Source: Octopus vulgaris (Eukaryota). From it: 64,000 nucleotides of DNA. The stretch's first letter is position 1. Every line of letters starts with the position of its first letter. Below are positions 1 through 13,724 of this stretch, one piece after another. The notes under the pieces are model-generated. The model saw only the letters and a list, made by a program, of their open reading frames with translations, was not told where the DNA came from and did no database searches. The position numbers were made by a program, and so were the translations under genes. The stretch is from positions 92,318,001 to 92,382,000 of the forward strand of contig OX597823.1 of assembly GCA_951406725.2 (NCBI GenBank). The letters are read 5' to 3'.

Positions 1-126
1 TATTGGACCTTTCAGCGACTACGATGCTGCAGCTGCTGCTATTATTGGTGATAGAAAAGATAACAGCGATGAGTAGTTTCAGAATGAATGAGCGTTAGAG
101 AAAACATTAATATATAAGGAACATTT

Positions 127-464
<338 letters not shown>

Positions 465-660
465 TGGAAAATCATTTCGTAATTTACTTGATTCATTTTC
501 ACCATATGTCTTAATTAGTGCCTTTATGTCGGTGGTAATTAATTTAAGTAGTTGGTGGATTTAGCTGAGAGGGTTGGTGTCTCCTATTAGAAGTTTTGTA
601 GAAATAATTCACTGTTAATATTACTTTTCACAAAAGCAACCATCTGGAAGAATCTTTACT

Positions 661-840
661 ATGCTTAGCGGCATTTCGTTCGTTTTTAAGTTCGGAGTTC
701 AAACTCCGCCGAGGTCTCTCTTACTTTTCATCATTTCTAGGTCGATAAAATTATACTAGCTGAATACTGGGGTCGATATAGTCAACTGATACGCTTCCCC
801 GAATTTCCTGGCTTTGAACCAAAACTGGGAATCAATATTT
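661..840 (+). mobile_element. tRNA-derived SINE family A, 5'-truncated
   Basis: B-box GGAGTTCAAACTCC followed by a degenerate CTTTCATCCTTTCGGGGTCGATAAAA core shared with many copies in the window. Confidence 0.75.
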
Positions 841-1667
841 CTCTTCACTCTCAACAGTTTTTAATACCCATATTTACTACCAAAGCAAACTTCAAACTGG
901 AGTAAAGTAACATTCATTTATTTATATATAGTGGTACCTGAGAGCAAGAACATTGCCATTCAGGCCTGCATTAATCTAACAGTAATATATTTCTTCAGCC
1001 ACTCTTAGTAATGTGATTCGCTATGGACACGATATTAGATAAATAACGATATTCGGTTTAATGTTATTATTACAGCGATACTTTACTAAAAGTAACTGCT
1101 TACCATACATTGCAGTGACAAATCAAATACTTGCACATATTTCTAGTTTTATTAGCTTAGCTACAACTAACAGCACATATTTTAACCCTTTTTATTCGCG
1201 CTTTCATGATAATTGATCGTAAATAAACACCTAACATGAGAAAGCTGCAATGAAGGACACTGAATCACAACTCATGGATTATAGTAGACATTCGTTATGG
1301 CAAACATATGTATTTTATACATTGTAGACAATGATATTTTCCATAAGATTTCTACTAATGCTTCTGCCAGTGTCTCTGTATGCTAGTGTTTAAATATTTT
1401 CATATACATGATATGGAGAGAGAAGGAGTGAAGGCTGTAGGAGCTGTCTTATTGCACTCAGTCACTATGAAGCGAACATAATGCTAGAGAAGATCGATAA
1501 ATGAAGGAAACATTGAATTATTGACAGGATTTGACATATTTCATTATGGATCCTGTGCAGTTATGTCAACTCTCTGCATCCATATTACATCCGGTTAACT
1601 TGCTGTAATTGGCACCGTGTTATGTCATGAAGGAGGATGTTGGAGAAAGTGAAAGTAAAAGGAAGAA

Positions 1668-1740
1668 AGAGAGAGAGAGATGAGAGAATGAGAGAGAGGT
1701 CATAGAGAGAGAGAGAGAGGACATAGAGAGAGAGAGAGAG
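1668..1740. repeat. (GA)n microsatellite
   Basis: Direct repeat run. Confidence 0.95.
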
Positions 1741-2207
1741 TTAAAAGTGAAGACCGGTCAAGAACCACATTACAGGACATATATAAAACTACGTATGTAT
1801 ATGTGAAATGTGTGTATACATTTGTTGGTATATCTTGGCATGTGTGTATATGTGTTTCTATGTAGCTGCGCGTTTATGCGTAGGTAATATCAGTGTGCGA
1901 TTATGTATGTCAGTAAATCTACCCGAAATGTTGGAACATTAAGGCTATTAACGAAACATGGTGTGACGTATAACACAAGCCGTTGTCTGTGTATGTCATA
2001 TTTAATACGAGGGATTCTTGATATAAAGTACAGATAAACTGAGAATAAGCGAAGGAAGTGTTGAGAATATTTATATTATGAGTAAAATATGTGTAAATAT
2101 GTGTAAAATATTATGTGTAAAGAATGTGTAGGAAACATATAGGGAAGGTGTACTTGAGAAGGCATATGTAATTTTCTGAACTGAATGTCTTTCGCTTTGT
2201 GTAATAT

Positions 2208-2324
<117 letters not shown>

Positions 2325-2414
2325 TGTAAGTATGTATTGTGTATATATATATATTTCGTTTTTGGATTTGGTTTGCAAGATTTTTTATGCGAGTTCGTGT
2401 GTTGAAGCCTATTC

Positions 2415-2613
2415 TGTTGTGTCTGGGGAGAGTAATTCTCTTTTGGTACCTTATAATTTAACACACCCACCGGTAAAAACTATTGATGAGTTTGCAAAAC
2501 GCAACGAAAATTTTAGAAAATAAAAAAATAAAAAAGAAATAAGTGGAAATTTTACCGGGGGCTGTGTTAGATTATAAGGCACCAAAATAGAATGATTCTC
2601 TCCAGACACAACA
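2415..2613. mobile_element. Short fold-back element with ~64-bp inverted arms and an HHR-like motif in the spacer
   Basis: 2415-2478 is the approximate reverse complement of 2550-2613. Confidence 0.75.
2480..2516 (+). ncRNA. Minimal type I hammerhead-like motif (U3 variant)
   Basis: CTA-TTGATGA-GTTTGC aaaac GCAAC-GAAA-AT-TT-TAG: stem I CTA/TAG, bulged stem II, palindromic AATT stem III. Confidence 0.5.
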
Positions 2614-2863
2614 CTATATATATAAGAAATTTTGGTATCCAGAAACCTCAAACCTTTCTTCTAAACACTTGCACAAACTTCCTTCCAAGAACTTCATTTA
2701 CATCAGTATTTCTCAACCATTCTTTGACTGTGCACCGCTTTGATTCCTATTTTACTGGGGGTGTGGTCCCTTCTCAATGCTTAAAAAATCCTGTTATCAA
2801 GGTTACAGACAATGATTAAGATGCACGCTTACCTGTGTGGTAAGAAACTGAAAGTAGCTCGTC

Positions 2864-2929
<66 letters not shown>

Positions 2930-2956
2930 TTATATTTATTTATTTTCATTTGTACA

Positions 2957-3150
2957 CTTTTATTTGTTTCAGTCATTTGACTGCGGCTATGATGGAGCAC
3001 TGCCTTTAGTCGAACAAATCTCTGTAAGCTTAGTACTCATTATATCGGTCTCTTTTACCGAACCACGAAGTTACCAGGACAGAGACACCAAAAATCTATT
3101 GTCGAGTGACGTTGAGTGGACAAACACAGGTACATACATACATTCATACA

Positions 3151-3192
<42 letters not shown>

Positions 3193-3356
3193 CGATGGGC
3201 TTCTTTCAGTTTCCGTCTACTAAACCCACTCCAAAGGCTGTGATGGGCCCGAGGCTACAGTAGAAAACTCTCGCCGAAGGAGCTACTTAGTGGGACTGAA
3301 CCCGGAACCACGATGTTGGTTAGCAAGCTACATACTACACAGCCACTCCTGCGCCT
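2957..3356 (-). mobile_element. tRNA-derived SINE family C with internal microsatellite
   Basis: Minus-strand head AGGCGCAGGAGTGGCTGTGTAGT...GGGTTCAGTCCC; homologous to 33690-34005 and 57432-57785. Confidence 0.8.
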
Positions 3357-3364
3357 ATACATAT

Positions 3365-3461
<97 letters not shown>

Positions 3462-3462
3462 C

Positions 3463-3493
<31 letters not shown>

Positions 3494-3509
3494 TATATAT
3501 TCATGAATG

Positions 3510-3716
3510 TGTGTCTTTGTCTCTGTTTGTCCCCAATCTCGGTGCTGGTGTTTTGTGCTTGTAACATAGCGTTTCAATAAAAGAGACCGATAGATTAAGT
3601 ACCAGGCTAAAAGAGAAAATATTATATGTAGTGTGGTCGATTCGTTCGATTTGAAATTCTTGAAGGCCATGCCGTAGCATGGCTGCAGTCTAATACTGAA
3701 AGGAGTAAACTGTAAA
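3510..3716 (+). mobile_element. SINE family C, 3' half
   Basis: AAGAGACCGATAGATTAAGTACCAGGCT...GCATGGCTGCAGTC is the reverse complement of the 2957-3130 segment. Confidence 0.65.
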
Positions 3717-3819
3717 AGAGAATATTTTCATAATTAAATATTAAGATAAGATTTGTATTAAAAATTAAGATATTTCGTATAATGTAGGAGCAGATCCAGT
3801 TTATTAGACATAAATTTTT

Positions 3820-3890
3820 ACAACAAAATCTTATAAAGACCCCGCCATCAGGGGTCATCTGAATGACGGTTAAGAACCACTGATCTAGAT
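3820..3890. mobile_element. hAT/Charlie-like MITE end (single TIR)
   Basis: GGTTAAGAACCACTG (3868-3882; reverse complement CAGTGGTTCTTAACC) followed by ATCTAGAT, matching the NTCTAGAN Charlie-type target; other end not found. Confidence 0.5.
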
Positions 3891-4541
3891 GTTTGCTACA
3901 AATATAAAGCCATATATGGCCAATCGGAGGATAAACTGCACTGATTTCTTATTTGATGGTGCGTGGAATTGTTTAGAGACAAATAAAGTAGAAAAAAACT
4001 TCTTCGTATTGAGTTTCAAAATATCCATCAAAAATTACGCTATAACACTCTTAATACATTTATACACCGTATTGATGCCATAAATCTCGTTCTTCCGTTC
4101 TTTCGTAGACGAAAACAGTAATACTATTAGTATCGATATCACGCACCCATTAAAATCAATTACTTTGTCATAGTAATTGCTTTCATAGATAAGAAACCTT
4201 AGTAGTGTGACTTTCACTCATCTCTACTGGTTGGTTTGGTAAACAACATTCAAGTGAGAGGTCATGGCCAGATGCGACGTTCATTGTTGTGTTATCCACC
4301 AGAAACTTTTTAGCTTACCGACATCACAATTGGAACCGAAATAACATTCGGAATATACACACATGAAGTGTTCTATTTAGAAATAATAAGTAGCTAATAT
4401 TTTACACACACACACACACACACACATACACACAAGTGTGTGTGGGTATGTGTGTATATGTAATATACGTATATATATATGCATGTATATATATATATGT
4501 ATATATATATATGTATGTATATATATGTATATATATGTATC

Positions 4542-4594
<53 letters not shown>

Positions 4595-4599
4595 CTATC

Positions 4600-4772
4600 T
4601 ACACACATTTTTCTCTTTTGTTTCTCACCTTGTTTTTTTCTGTGCCCCTTTCTGTAGAAGAGCGTAGGCTCGAAACGTAAAAGACTTTTCTATTCCTAAG
4701 CGTTATACTAATACATCTGTTTGTTTTGTACACCACCTGTCTTCGTCTTTTTTTTTTCGTAAACTCTCCCTA
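4600..4772 (+). mobile_element. Penelope pLTR-like non-coding repeat carrying an HHR motif
   Basis: Near-identical copy at 54390-54552; more distant relatives at 48690-48900, 49680-49900 and 54660-54830. Confidence 0.7.
4648..4683 (+). ncRNA. Minimal hammerhead-like motif (A6U core variant)
   Basis: CTTT-CTGTAGAA-GAGC gtag GCTC-GAAA-CG-TA-AAAG. Confidence 0.6.
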
Positions 4773-5310
4773 TATATAACTATCATTATATATGTGTGTG
4801 TGTGTGAGTGTGTTTGTGTGTATGTATGTGTGTTTGTGTATGTGTTTGTGTGTGTATGAAATGAGATTCAAACACATTTTCTGTCAAATAAATAGGAGTG
4901 GTGAGCAGATTAACATTTTCTCTCACTTTCATTCGGTAAATACTAAAATTTACGTACCATTAGGTATTACTAGTTAAGTACCAAGTATATTGATGCACCA
5001 TAACAAGAGTCGCAAAAATAAAATTAACTGAACGCCTCACTTACTTCTTCGCTCTTTCTACACATCCTAAATTTTGAACTAAGATACAAATAATATATTA
5101 GAATCAAAGATAATGCATGAGAATGTTGTGAGTAATGTCCAATAATGTACTTGATTTACGCATCACTGAATAATTTAAGATGTAATAATATCACGTGTGA
5201 TATAGAAGTAAAATGTTTTTTTTCCAAGTGCTCTCTCTCTCCCTCTATATATATATATAAATATATATATATATACATATATTAGAAGTTTTGGAGATGA
5301 TGTACACACA

Positions 5311-5361
<51 letters not shown>

Positions 5362-5415
5362 TAGAAGGGTTGGAGACGATGTACAGGTATTTTATACATT
5401 CTTTCAGATACAAAA

Positions 5416-5458
<43 letters not shown>

Positions 5459-5700
5459 GCTCTCTCTCACTTTCTCCCCATTCATCACCCTCTTGTACTA
5501 TCTCATATCGCTCCCCAACACTACACACTCAATAACACTATAAAAATGGTCACATTTTTTCACAAGAACTTAGTTCAATTTGAAAACTCCACTAGAATGG
5601 GCGATATATGATGTATAAAAACATGTAATATACAAATAAATATCTGTAAATAAAAAACCATCCGAATTTCTGAGTACCTCATTTCTTCTAATATATATAT

Positions 5701-5745
<45 letters not shown>

Positions 5746-5761
5746 TGTATGTATATGTATA

Positions 5762-5804
<43 letters not shown>

Positions 5805-6887
5805 GAATATATATATATATATGAGGAGTAATTCGGGGAAGAGTTTGGAGTCGCAAACAAAGATTGTCACTAATCTGCATCCTGTACGCTTAGCGGCGGG
5901 AAATTGTTGTATTTTACAATGCTCGTTCGCACATTGGTAAATTGGATCATTGACGGTTTCGATGAGCCTATTTCTTTTAATGCGAGAAATTCAGTACAAA
6001 TTTTACGATTAATTATTATCACCAATAACCACATATATCGTGCATTGGGTTAACTGTCACCTTGTCGAATGCATAATATTGGTTTTTGCCAAGACCTTGC
6101 AAGCAAGTTTTATCGAGTAGCTAGAATATTAGCATCTGTTTAAACGTTAAATTTCATTAAGAAAATGAAATTTATAGAAAGTGTAAAAATATGAGGAAAG
6201 TTTTAAAATCCGATCGTAAATACAATATATGAAATAGAAGAATAAGTACATGTGCGTTAATTATTAAAATATATTTCGCTTCATGAAGAAATTAGCAGCG
6301 TGTTTCGAAATATTTCAGTTATTTGTCTACAGTTCATTATTTTCTACCATGGCTGTCAAATGATCAAATGATTACCATACTTGCAACAATAAAATTTTAA
6401 TGTTTGTTTTAACTGATTAGACAAATGAATAATTAATAAAATATGACCAGGAAATGAGAGTTGGAAAATGTAACACCAAAAGCTAGCAACATTAGTGAGA
6501 TTACAGTGATTTGTGAATAGTGCGAATATTTATTGCTATCATCTTCATCATCACAATTGGAATTTGTTTATTTAATGCCAACTATAGACCCATTACCATT
6601 AATACATCATTGCAATTAATGCCTTACAGCATTTTGTCGCTTCTATCCATGTGCTGTGTATTTAGGATTGCTGTGTTTTTCTTTAGAAATTTATTTAAAC
6701 GAAATTTATGAAATAAATTAACAGTTACACACAGATTGTTTTATATGTGCCTCGTCATGATGTCACTAACAAAATCTCTGTGAAATATTGAGTGAAATAA
6801 TATTTATATTATCTAAATTCTGTGAATAGAATCACTTATTTATCGTCCAGTACTATTACAATTTTCATCAATAAGAAGTAATATAAA

Positions 6888-7106
6888 TATTGGCTTCATC
6901 TTTTGGCACAAGGCCAGCAACGTTGAGGGAGAGGGTAAGTCAATTAAATCAACCCCAGAGCTGAACTGGGACTTTTTTTATCGATTCCGCAAAGATGAAA
7001 GGTAAAGCCAATATCAGAGGAATTTGAACTGAGAACGTGAAAATGGACGAAATGACGCTAAGCATTCAGGTCCGGCATGCTAACGATTCTGCCATCTCAC
7101 CGCCTT
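6888..7106 (-). mobile_element. SINE family A monomer
   Basis: Reverse complement of GGCGGTGAGATGGCAGAATCGTTAGC...GTTCAAATTCC core and tail B. Confidence 0.85.
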
Positions 7107-7764
7107 AAATAATATAAATATTATTATCTGAAATAGAAAATGCCTAATAATTTTAACGTATTTGTAATAAAAAAAAAACAAAAAAAAACAAGCAAACGTA
7201 CCTTAGAATGTGTTTTATGGAATTGAGAGGAGAGGAAATAAATCGCATCGTGTTCGGTGATGAAAATTTCACAGATGAATGATTTTCTTTCTTTTCCTGC
7301 AAATCAACCGCTTTCACATTTGTAGTATAAAACATTGTTACAAAATAGAACGAGATGTCTACTATGGATGAAACTTTTAGATCTTCTAGATGCATCTGCC
7401 TCTCTCATTATCCTGATTTTTTTTTATGTTTCCCTGACACATAAATCACCAATCGCTACCTCAAACCTTAACATAGCAGAACTGAAAAACCCTTTGAAAT
7501 TCCGTTCCTACTTCCATCCATAAACTGATAAAACTTTATGATTAGCATAAACACATTGATGTCATCGTTATGGAATATGATCCAAGTTATATGATTGTTG
7601 TACTCTTTCATCAGAAGACCTAATAGGGACAGGAGACAATAATTCTAGATGTAAACTGGATCGAGGGAAGCGTTTTGACACAATAACGAACGACCAGCGA
7701 CATTATAACGTGGCCTTACAAGACTGTACAAAGTTGATTAGCTCCGCATCTAAAATTGTTTCAA

Positions 7765-8341
7765 ATCCTAGCACAATGTCTGCAATCATTCAGTGGGAGG
7801 GAGTTAGTCTTGACTTACACGGTACTTGACTGGTACTTTATTTTATCGATTGTCTAGAGGACGATTGGTAATGTTCACCTCGAGGGTCTTTGAACTCAGT
7901 AAATGTAAATTACTGGAAGAAATACCTATTTCTTTACTACTCACAAGGGGCTAAACACAGAGAGGACAAACAAATATAGACAAACGGATTAAGTCGATTA
8001 CATCGACCCCAGTGCGTAACTGGTACATAATTTATCGACCCCGAAAGGATGAAAGGCAAAGTCAACCTCGGCGGAATTTGAACTCAGAAAGTTACGGCAG
8101 ACGAAATACCTATTTCTTTACTACCCACAAGGGGCTAAACACAGAGGGGACAAACAAGGACAGACAAAGGGATTAAGTCGATTACATCGACCCAATGCGT
8201 AAATAGTACTTATTCAATCTACCCCGAAAAGATGAAAGGCAAAGTCCACCTCCGCGGAATTTGAACTCAGAACGTAAAGGCAGACGAAATACAGCTAAGC
8301 ATTTCGCCCGGCGTGCTAACGTTTCTGTCAGTTCGCCGCCT
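7765..8341 (-). mobile_element. SINE family A trimer
   Basis: Head at 8341; GAAATACCTATTTC junctions at 8103-8116 and 7919-7932, period 184 bp. Confidence 0.85.
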
Positions 8342-8447
8342 TAAAAACCGTTTAGTATTTTGACTAACAAGTTAACAGACCCGCCAGCACTTTTCAGTTC
8401 TATCTCTAAAACAAAATATAATTAGCATAGTGTTTTTGTAGTCATGG

Positions 8448-8815
8448 TACTCCGTCGGTTACGACGACGAGGGTTCCAGTTGAACCGATCAACGGAAGAT
8501 CCTGCTCGTTAAATTATCGTACAAGTGGCTGGGCGCTCTATAGACCCGTGTACCCTTAACGTAGCTCTCGGGGAGATTCAGTGCGACGCAGAATGTGATA
8601 AGGCTGGTCCTTTGAAATGCAGGTACTAGTGAAACAGGAAGAAAGAGTAAGAGAAGGTTGTGGTGAAAGAATACAGTAGGGTTAGACACCAACCACTGCC
8701 GAAACTCGTGGAACATTAGGTGTTTTTCACACAATAAACAATCACAACGCCCAGTCTGAGAATCGAAACCGCGATCCTTCGACTGTGAGTTCGCTGCCTT
8801 AACCACTAGGCCATA
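8448..8815 (-). mobile_element. tRNA-derived SINE family B (tRNA-Arg-like head, possibly octopus OR type)
   Basis: Homologous end to end with 35432-35819 and 39491-39865; A-box TAGTGGTTAAG and B-box GGTTTCGATTC on the minus strand. Confidence 0.85.
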
Positions 8816-9019
8816 GGACGCTTTTTTAATATAAATAAATTTAACAAAAAACTGGTGAATGACTCGATAAGTTTTATCCAGTGCTTAGCTATTAAACATT
8901 TGAAAGAACAATGGAGAGAACGACTTTGAATGTTTCGATTTGATAGCCTCCCAAGTGTTTCAAATCACTTATAGCTCATTTTTTGTTAAAGTATAAGACA
9001 CGCACACACACACACACAC

Positions 9020-9057
<38 letters not shown>

Positions 9058-9389
9058 TCACTGCAAACAGCAAATATCCAAGATTTGTCATTGGAAGAGT
9101 ACTTATACAGAACAGCACTTAACATGTTCTTCCCACTCATACCATCTGTTGTCAGATTAGCTCGGGTTTACTGGATTATTGCAGCCGTCCAGCTTACAGT
9201 ATTTAATTCCCGAACGTGTAAAGGGATTGCTAACATAAAGGTTATGTATTACCATATATTTATAGCTTGTTTTTCGCTTGGACTTCCTACACAGGCTTAA
9301 ATGTAGAGGCATAGCTATTTATGTGTGTCCTGCGTGCCCTATGATCTGTAGGTGTTTATATGTGAATATGTTTGTCGAATCAAAGTGCT

Positions 9390-9406
9390 ATAACAATAAT
9401 AATGAA

Positions 9407-9466
<60 letters not shown>

Positions 9467-9701
9467 TAATAATGATGATGATGATGATAATAAAAACAAT
9501 AATAATAAATAACTATATATATATATATATATATATATGCATGTATCTATACACACATGTATGCACAGGTAGACAGATATACATAAATGGGTAAATCTAT
9601 GGATATATAGGTAACAACACCCACACGCATTCACACACATACACCCACACCCACACTTACCCCACATATATATGCGTGTAGTTTTTGGTATAGGTACATA
9701 A

Positions 9702-9737
<36 letters not shown>

Positions 9738-9783
9738 CATACGCATAAATATATATATATACATTCTATATATATATATATAT

Positions 9784-9836
<53 letters not shown>

Positions 9837-9971
9837 TTACATACATATACAGAGAGAGAGAGAGAGAGTGAGAGCGAAAGAGAGATGCGAATAGTATGAA
9901 TGAAGGAGTTACATATATTAAAGATTGATATGTATATGAATGAAGGAGTTACATATATTAAAGATTGATAT

Positions 9972-10065
<94 letters not shown>

Positions 10066-10090
10066 GAGAGGAAGAGAGAGAGACAGACAG
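9390..10090. repeat. Compound microsatellite block (AAT, TA, GA) including a 40-bp tandem duplication at ~9895-9975
   Basis: Direct repeats; TATGAATGAAGGAGTTACATATATTAAAGATTGATATGTA x2. Confidence 0.9.
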
Positions 10091-10431
10091 AAACACATCT
10101 TTCTCTATTATCGGAACAAAAAAGCACTCGGAAAAAAGTGTTCTGTCCATTTATATATGCCAAAACATTCTCAATATATTCATTATAACTTTATCGTTTC
10201 AAATGCGATACAAAGAAACCTGATTGTAACATAAACCTTTACATATAGATCTGTAAAATAGAAACCATCTTTAATCTATCTGCCGATTTTTAAGGTATCA
10301 CGCTGTAATGACATGTCCTGTTTTCCAGTTCTTTTCTTGTTTACGTATTTCATGGTTTTGCACCGTTGGTGACGTGCTGTACCCGTAGATGCACGTGTGT
10401 ATGTATATATATATATACATATATATATACA

Positions 10432-10516
10432 CACTCCATCGGTCACGACGACGAGGGTTCAAGCTGATAAGATCAGCGGAACAGCTTGCTCGTGAAATTT
10501 ACGTGCCAAGTGGCTG
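10432..10516 (-). mobile_element. SINE family B 3' fragment
   Basis: CACTCCATCGGTCACGACGACGAGGGTTC...GCTCGTGAAATT matches the ends of the other copies. Confidence 0.75.
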
Positions 10517-10519
10517 AAG

Positions 10520-11190
10520 AATGAGAAAGTCTCTCCGCTGTGTCGCATCTCCGATAGAGTAGATGAAACCATTGCCTATATCACGAAGGAATACCCTAGA
10601 CTTGCCCAAAATCCTTACAAGCTGTGGTGACACGACCAGGTAGCAGAAGTGCTACACTGGAGTCTGTGCAAAAAGTGCGGGCTAGAGAGAGGCACAAACC
10701 GTAAAGAGTGGCAGAGTTGGAGACTAGCAAAATATTCTGGGATTTCCCAATCCAAACAGATCAGGTGCTAGAGTATAACAGAGCGGACCAAGTGCTGGTA
10801 GACAAGGTGCACCACATATGCTATATAGGTGACGTTGCATGCTCCTTTCACTTAGGAATAGTCAAGAAGGAAGTTTAAAAGATTGGTAGATACAACACTT
10901 TTAAGTAGGAAATACCCCGGCTATGGAAAATGGAGATAGTGCCAATTATTATTGGGGTCTTGAGGACAGTATTAGAAGGCATCAGGAGGAATATAAAGGA
11001 AATTGAAATAGAGTGCTCAGTAGAACTCTTAGAAAAGGTTTGCCTCCTTGGCACGGCCAGAATTACCAGGAAAGTATTAGATAATTGCAAAGAACGAATA
11101 GCATGGTACCGTCGGCTGCATGCAGTAAGCCAGCTACGCATGGAAGACTCCAAGAGCTCCAACAAAACAACAAAACCTGTGACAAAAAGA

Positions 11191-11192
<2 letters not shown>
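10520..11192 (+). mobile_element. Decayed 3' end (RLE domain) of an R4/Dong-type non-LTR retrotransposon
   Basis: Translatable SPLCRI, HDQVAEVLHW, ILWDFPIQTD and VPIIIGVLRTV...KVCLLGTARITRKVL with stops; ends in (AAT)n at ~11193. Confidence 0.85.
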
Positions 11193-11255
<63 letters not shown>

Positions 11256-12219
11256 TAATAATAATAATGAGGAGGAGGAGGAGGAGGAGGAGGATGACGA
11301 GTGCATATCGAAAGCAGGAGAAAAGTAAAGAACAAAACATGCACAAGGACATGTAGAAGCATTACGCAACAGTGAACTACACAATCAATTCTACGTGGCC
11401 AAAACTGAAGTTGCTGGGGAACACGGGTGAAGCTGATTGAAGGTGGGATCACCGAAAACAAAGAAAACAGAATGAGAGCACAATACCGGTGGCACAATAC
11501 CAAGCTCCGCCTACAAACTGGAGGCTGAACTTTAGCAGTGAGCAAGGGTCTTCATATCTGAATCTGTAACAGAGTTGACGAAGCCAATGCCTATATCGTG
11601 AACAAATGCTCTCCATTTTCTAAGAACCAATGTAATATTGTTACGACTATCCTCCTACAGGGCCGGGACAGCAGGATTTCTTGAGACATCTGTTGGTTTT
11701 CCTAGAAACGTCGGGCACTTTCGTGTTATAGTCACGTTTGAACTATGTGGGGATAGGAGAGTGAAGATAGCAGATAGGAGAGTGGGGGATAAAAGGCCTG
11801 CAAAGCTGTTCAAGCCTTTCCAACTGTCTGACAGGTATCAAGTGGATTTCTTGGATGTGCCAATGTGCCAATGTGCACTGGGACGAATCGCAGCGCGTCA
11901 TGCAGGTCGTATCTAGACAGGATATTCAGTAGACCAGCAGATAAAGGTAGTATAAGTTGTCTACTTTTCAAACTGATCGGCTACACAGATCACAAATTTG
12001 TGGTCGACCGAGATAGTCTTAAATGTCAGGACCCGGTTAATGAGAGCTAAACACAACACTCCCGGCGTGGCAAGCTTGCAGAGGCCGGATTAGATAATTT
12101 ATATTTCAAGATCTTTATATTTGCTCAGTTTTTGGTAGGTGTTGACAGATACGTTTATATCGATTGGGATAATCGATATAATCAATGAGGAATCATGATT
12201 ATTATTATTGTTATTATTA

Positions 12220-12286
<67 letters not shown>

Positions 12287-12349
12287 CCTTACTGCTATGG
12301 AATACGATGTTCTTTGGTGGTTGGGGTGGGCGCTACTCATTTTGTCCTT

Positions 12350-12495
12350 CAAGTGGGACTTATTTTATCGGCCCCAAACTGATGAAAGGTAAAGTGGACC
12401 TCGGCCGAATTAGAACTCAGAACGTAAAGAGGGTTGAAATGCTGCTAAGACGTTTGTCTGGCGTGCTAACATCCCAGTCGCTTTGCAGCCCTAAG
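12350..12495 (-). mobile_element. SINE family A fragment
   Basis: GATGAAAGGTAAAGTGGACCTCGGCCGAATTAGAACTCAGAACG core. Confidence 0.75.
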
Positions 12496-12498
12496 AGT

Positions 12499-12593
<95 letters not shown>

Positions 12594-12594
12594 G

Positions 12595-13168
12595 ATGCCC
12601 TGATGCAGTACATGCCCTGATGCAGTACCAGGCAGTGGTTCTCATGGCTTCTGATCTTAACTGATTGGAAGTGTTATCATGTACATTGTTTTGTCTTGGT
12701 GTAAAAGATGGGCTACAGCAAATATTCTGCTCAATACCACAGATTTGCTTGTCAGTTGTTTGACCTTAACCAGTGGAGCATGTCCCTTAGTGGCTGACGA
12801 TATGTGCATCTCTGATCACGAGCAGAAGTAGTGGGGGAGCATCATGGTCATGTGTTGAGAGGGATTCTTTGGGGTTTGAATAATTCACCTTTGGAAACAT
12901 GGGTGGTTCTTTCAACATCCTTAAACAATCCTTATTCAGGGACCTTTTGAGCGGGATGGGCTACTCAACCTGAAGAAAATTCTAACTGGGCCCCACCTGC
13001 AATGTCATGTGCTGTTTATCTTGATATGAGATCACCATGTCGCGCACATATGGTTGTGATGCATGTGCCTGGTGTACCTTTATCAGACGGGTAGTCATGA
13101 TGGGTATATTGAGCTTCGTATATTTTACCCCAGTGTCACTTTGATGGCATGCACTGCTCTCTCACTCA
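12595..13168 (+). mobile_element. Unclassified ~575-bp non-coding insertion in (AAT)n
   Basis: Higher-GC complex block with sharp boundaries, (AAT)n on both sides, and a 17-bp tandem duplication ATGCCCTGATGCAGTAC at its left end; strand assigned only by analogy to the Dong copies. Confidence 0.5.
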
Positions 13169-13196
13169 ATAATAATAGTAATAATAATAATAATCA

Positions 13197-13416
13197 GAAT
13201 CCTTTCTATTACAGGCACAATGCCTGAAATTTTGGGAGTAGGGATTCGTCAATTACATCGACCCCAAAATTTTACTGGTACTGGTACTTAATCTATCGAC
13301 CTTGCGTTGATGAAAGGCAAAGTCGATCCGGCCGAATTAGAATGTAGCACGTAAAGACAAAATACCGCTAAGAATTTTGTCTGGCGTGCTAACCAGCCTA
13401 GCAGTTCTCAGCCCTA
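13197..13416 (-). mobile_element. SINE family A monomer
   Basis: Family A core and tail B on the minus strand. Confidence 0.75.
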
Positions 13417-13724
13417 AGAGCATGAATAATAATGATAATAATAATTCAGGGAAATCTCATACTTTGTCAGTGAAATTTATCGCGGGAATAGTAGCAGGTT
13501 GAACAAACCCTAATGCCAGCCATAAATGGCATTTAATTTATTAATCCCGGAATAATCAATGTCAAAGTGTGAACTAACAGTATTTAATCTTATAAGATGA
13601 TGTATAATTAATCGTTCCACCGTAGCACCGTGGAACCAAAGGCATTAATTACTCTCCATATTTAAAGAAGGCCACAATGGTTCGACGAAGAAACCGAATT
13701 CTTGTAACAGATCATTTAATTATA

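Noticed and set aside
2-76. Open frame [24 protein letters not shown] at the window edge
   Set aside because: Too short and truncated; the GCT repeat explains the Ala run; no recognisable domain
5283-5385. 24-bp direct repeat TAGAAG..TTGGAGA.GATGTACA around a microsatellite
   Set aside because: Only two copies, consistent with a local duplication; not a CRISPR array
5945-5990. Minus-strand GAAACCGTC with CATT/AATG flanks
   Set aside because: 5' core and stem II are not recognisable
11330-12180. Complex, higher-GC block with faint RTE-like words (PTLLSAIF) on the minus strand
   Set aside because: Motif order and catalytic residues cannot be recovered by eye; left unclassified
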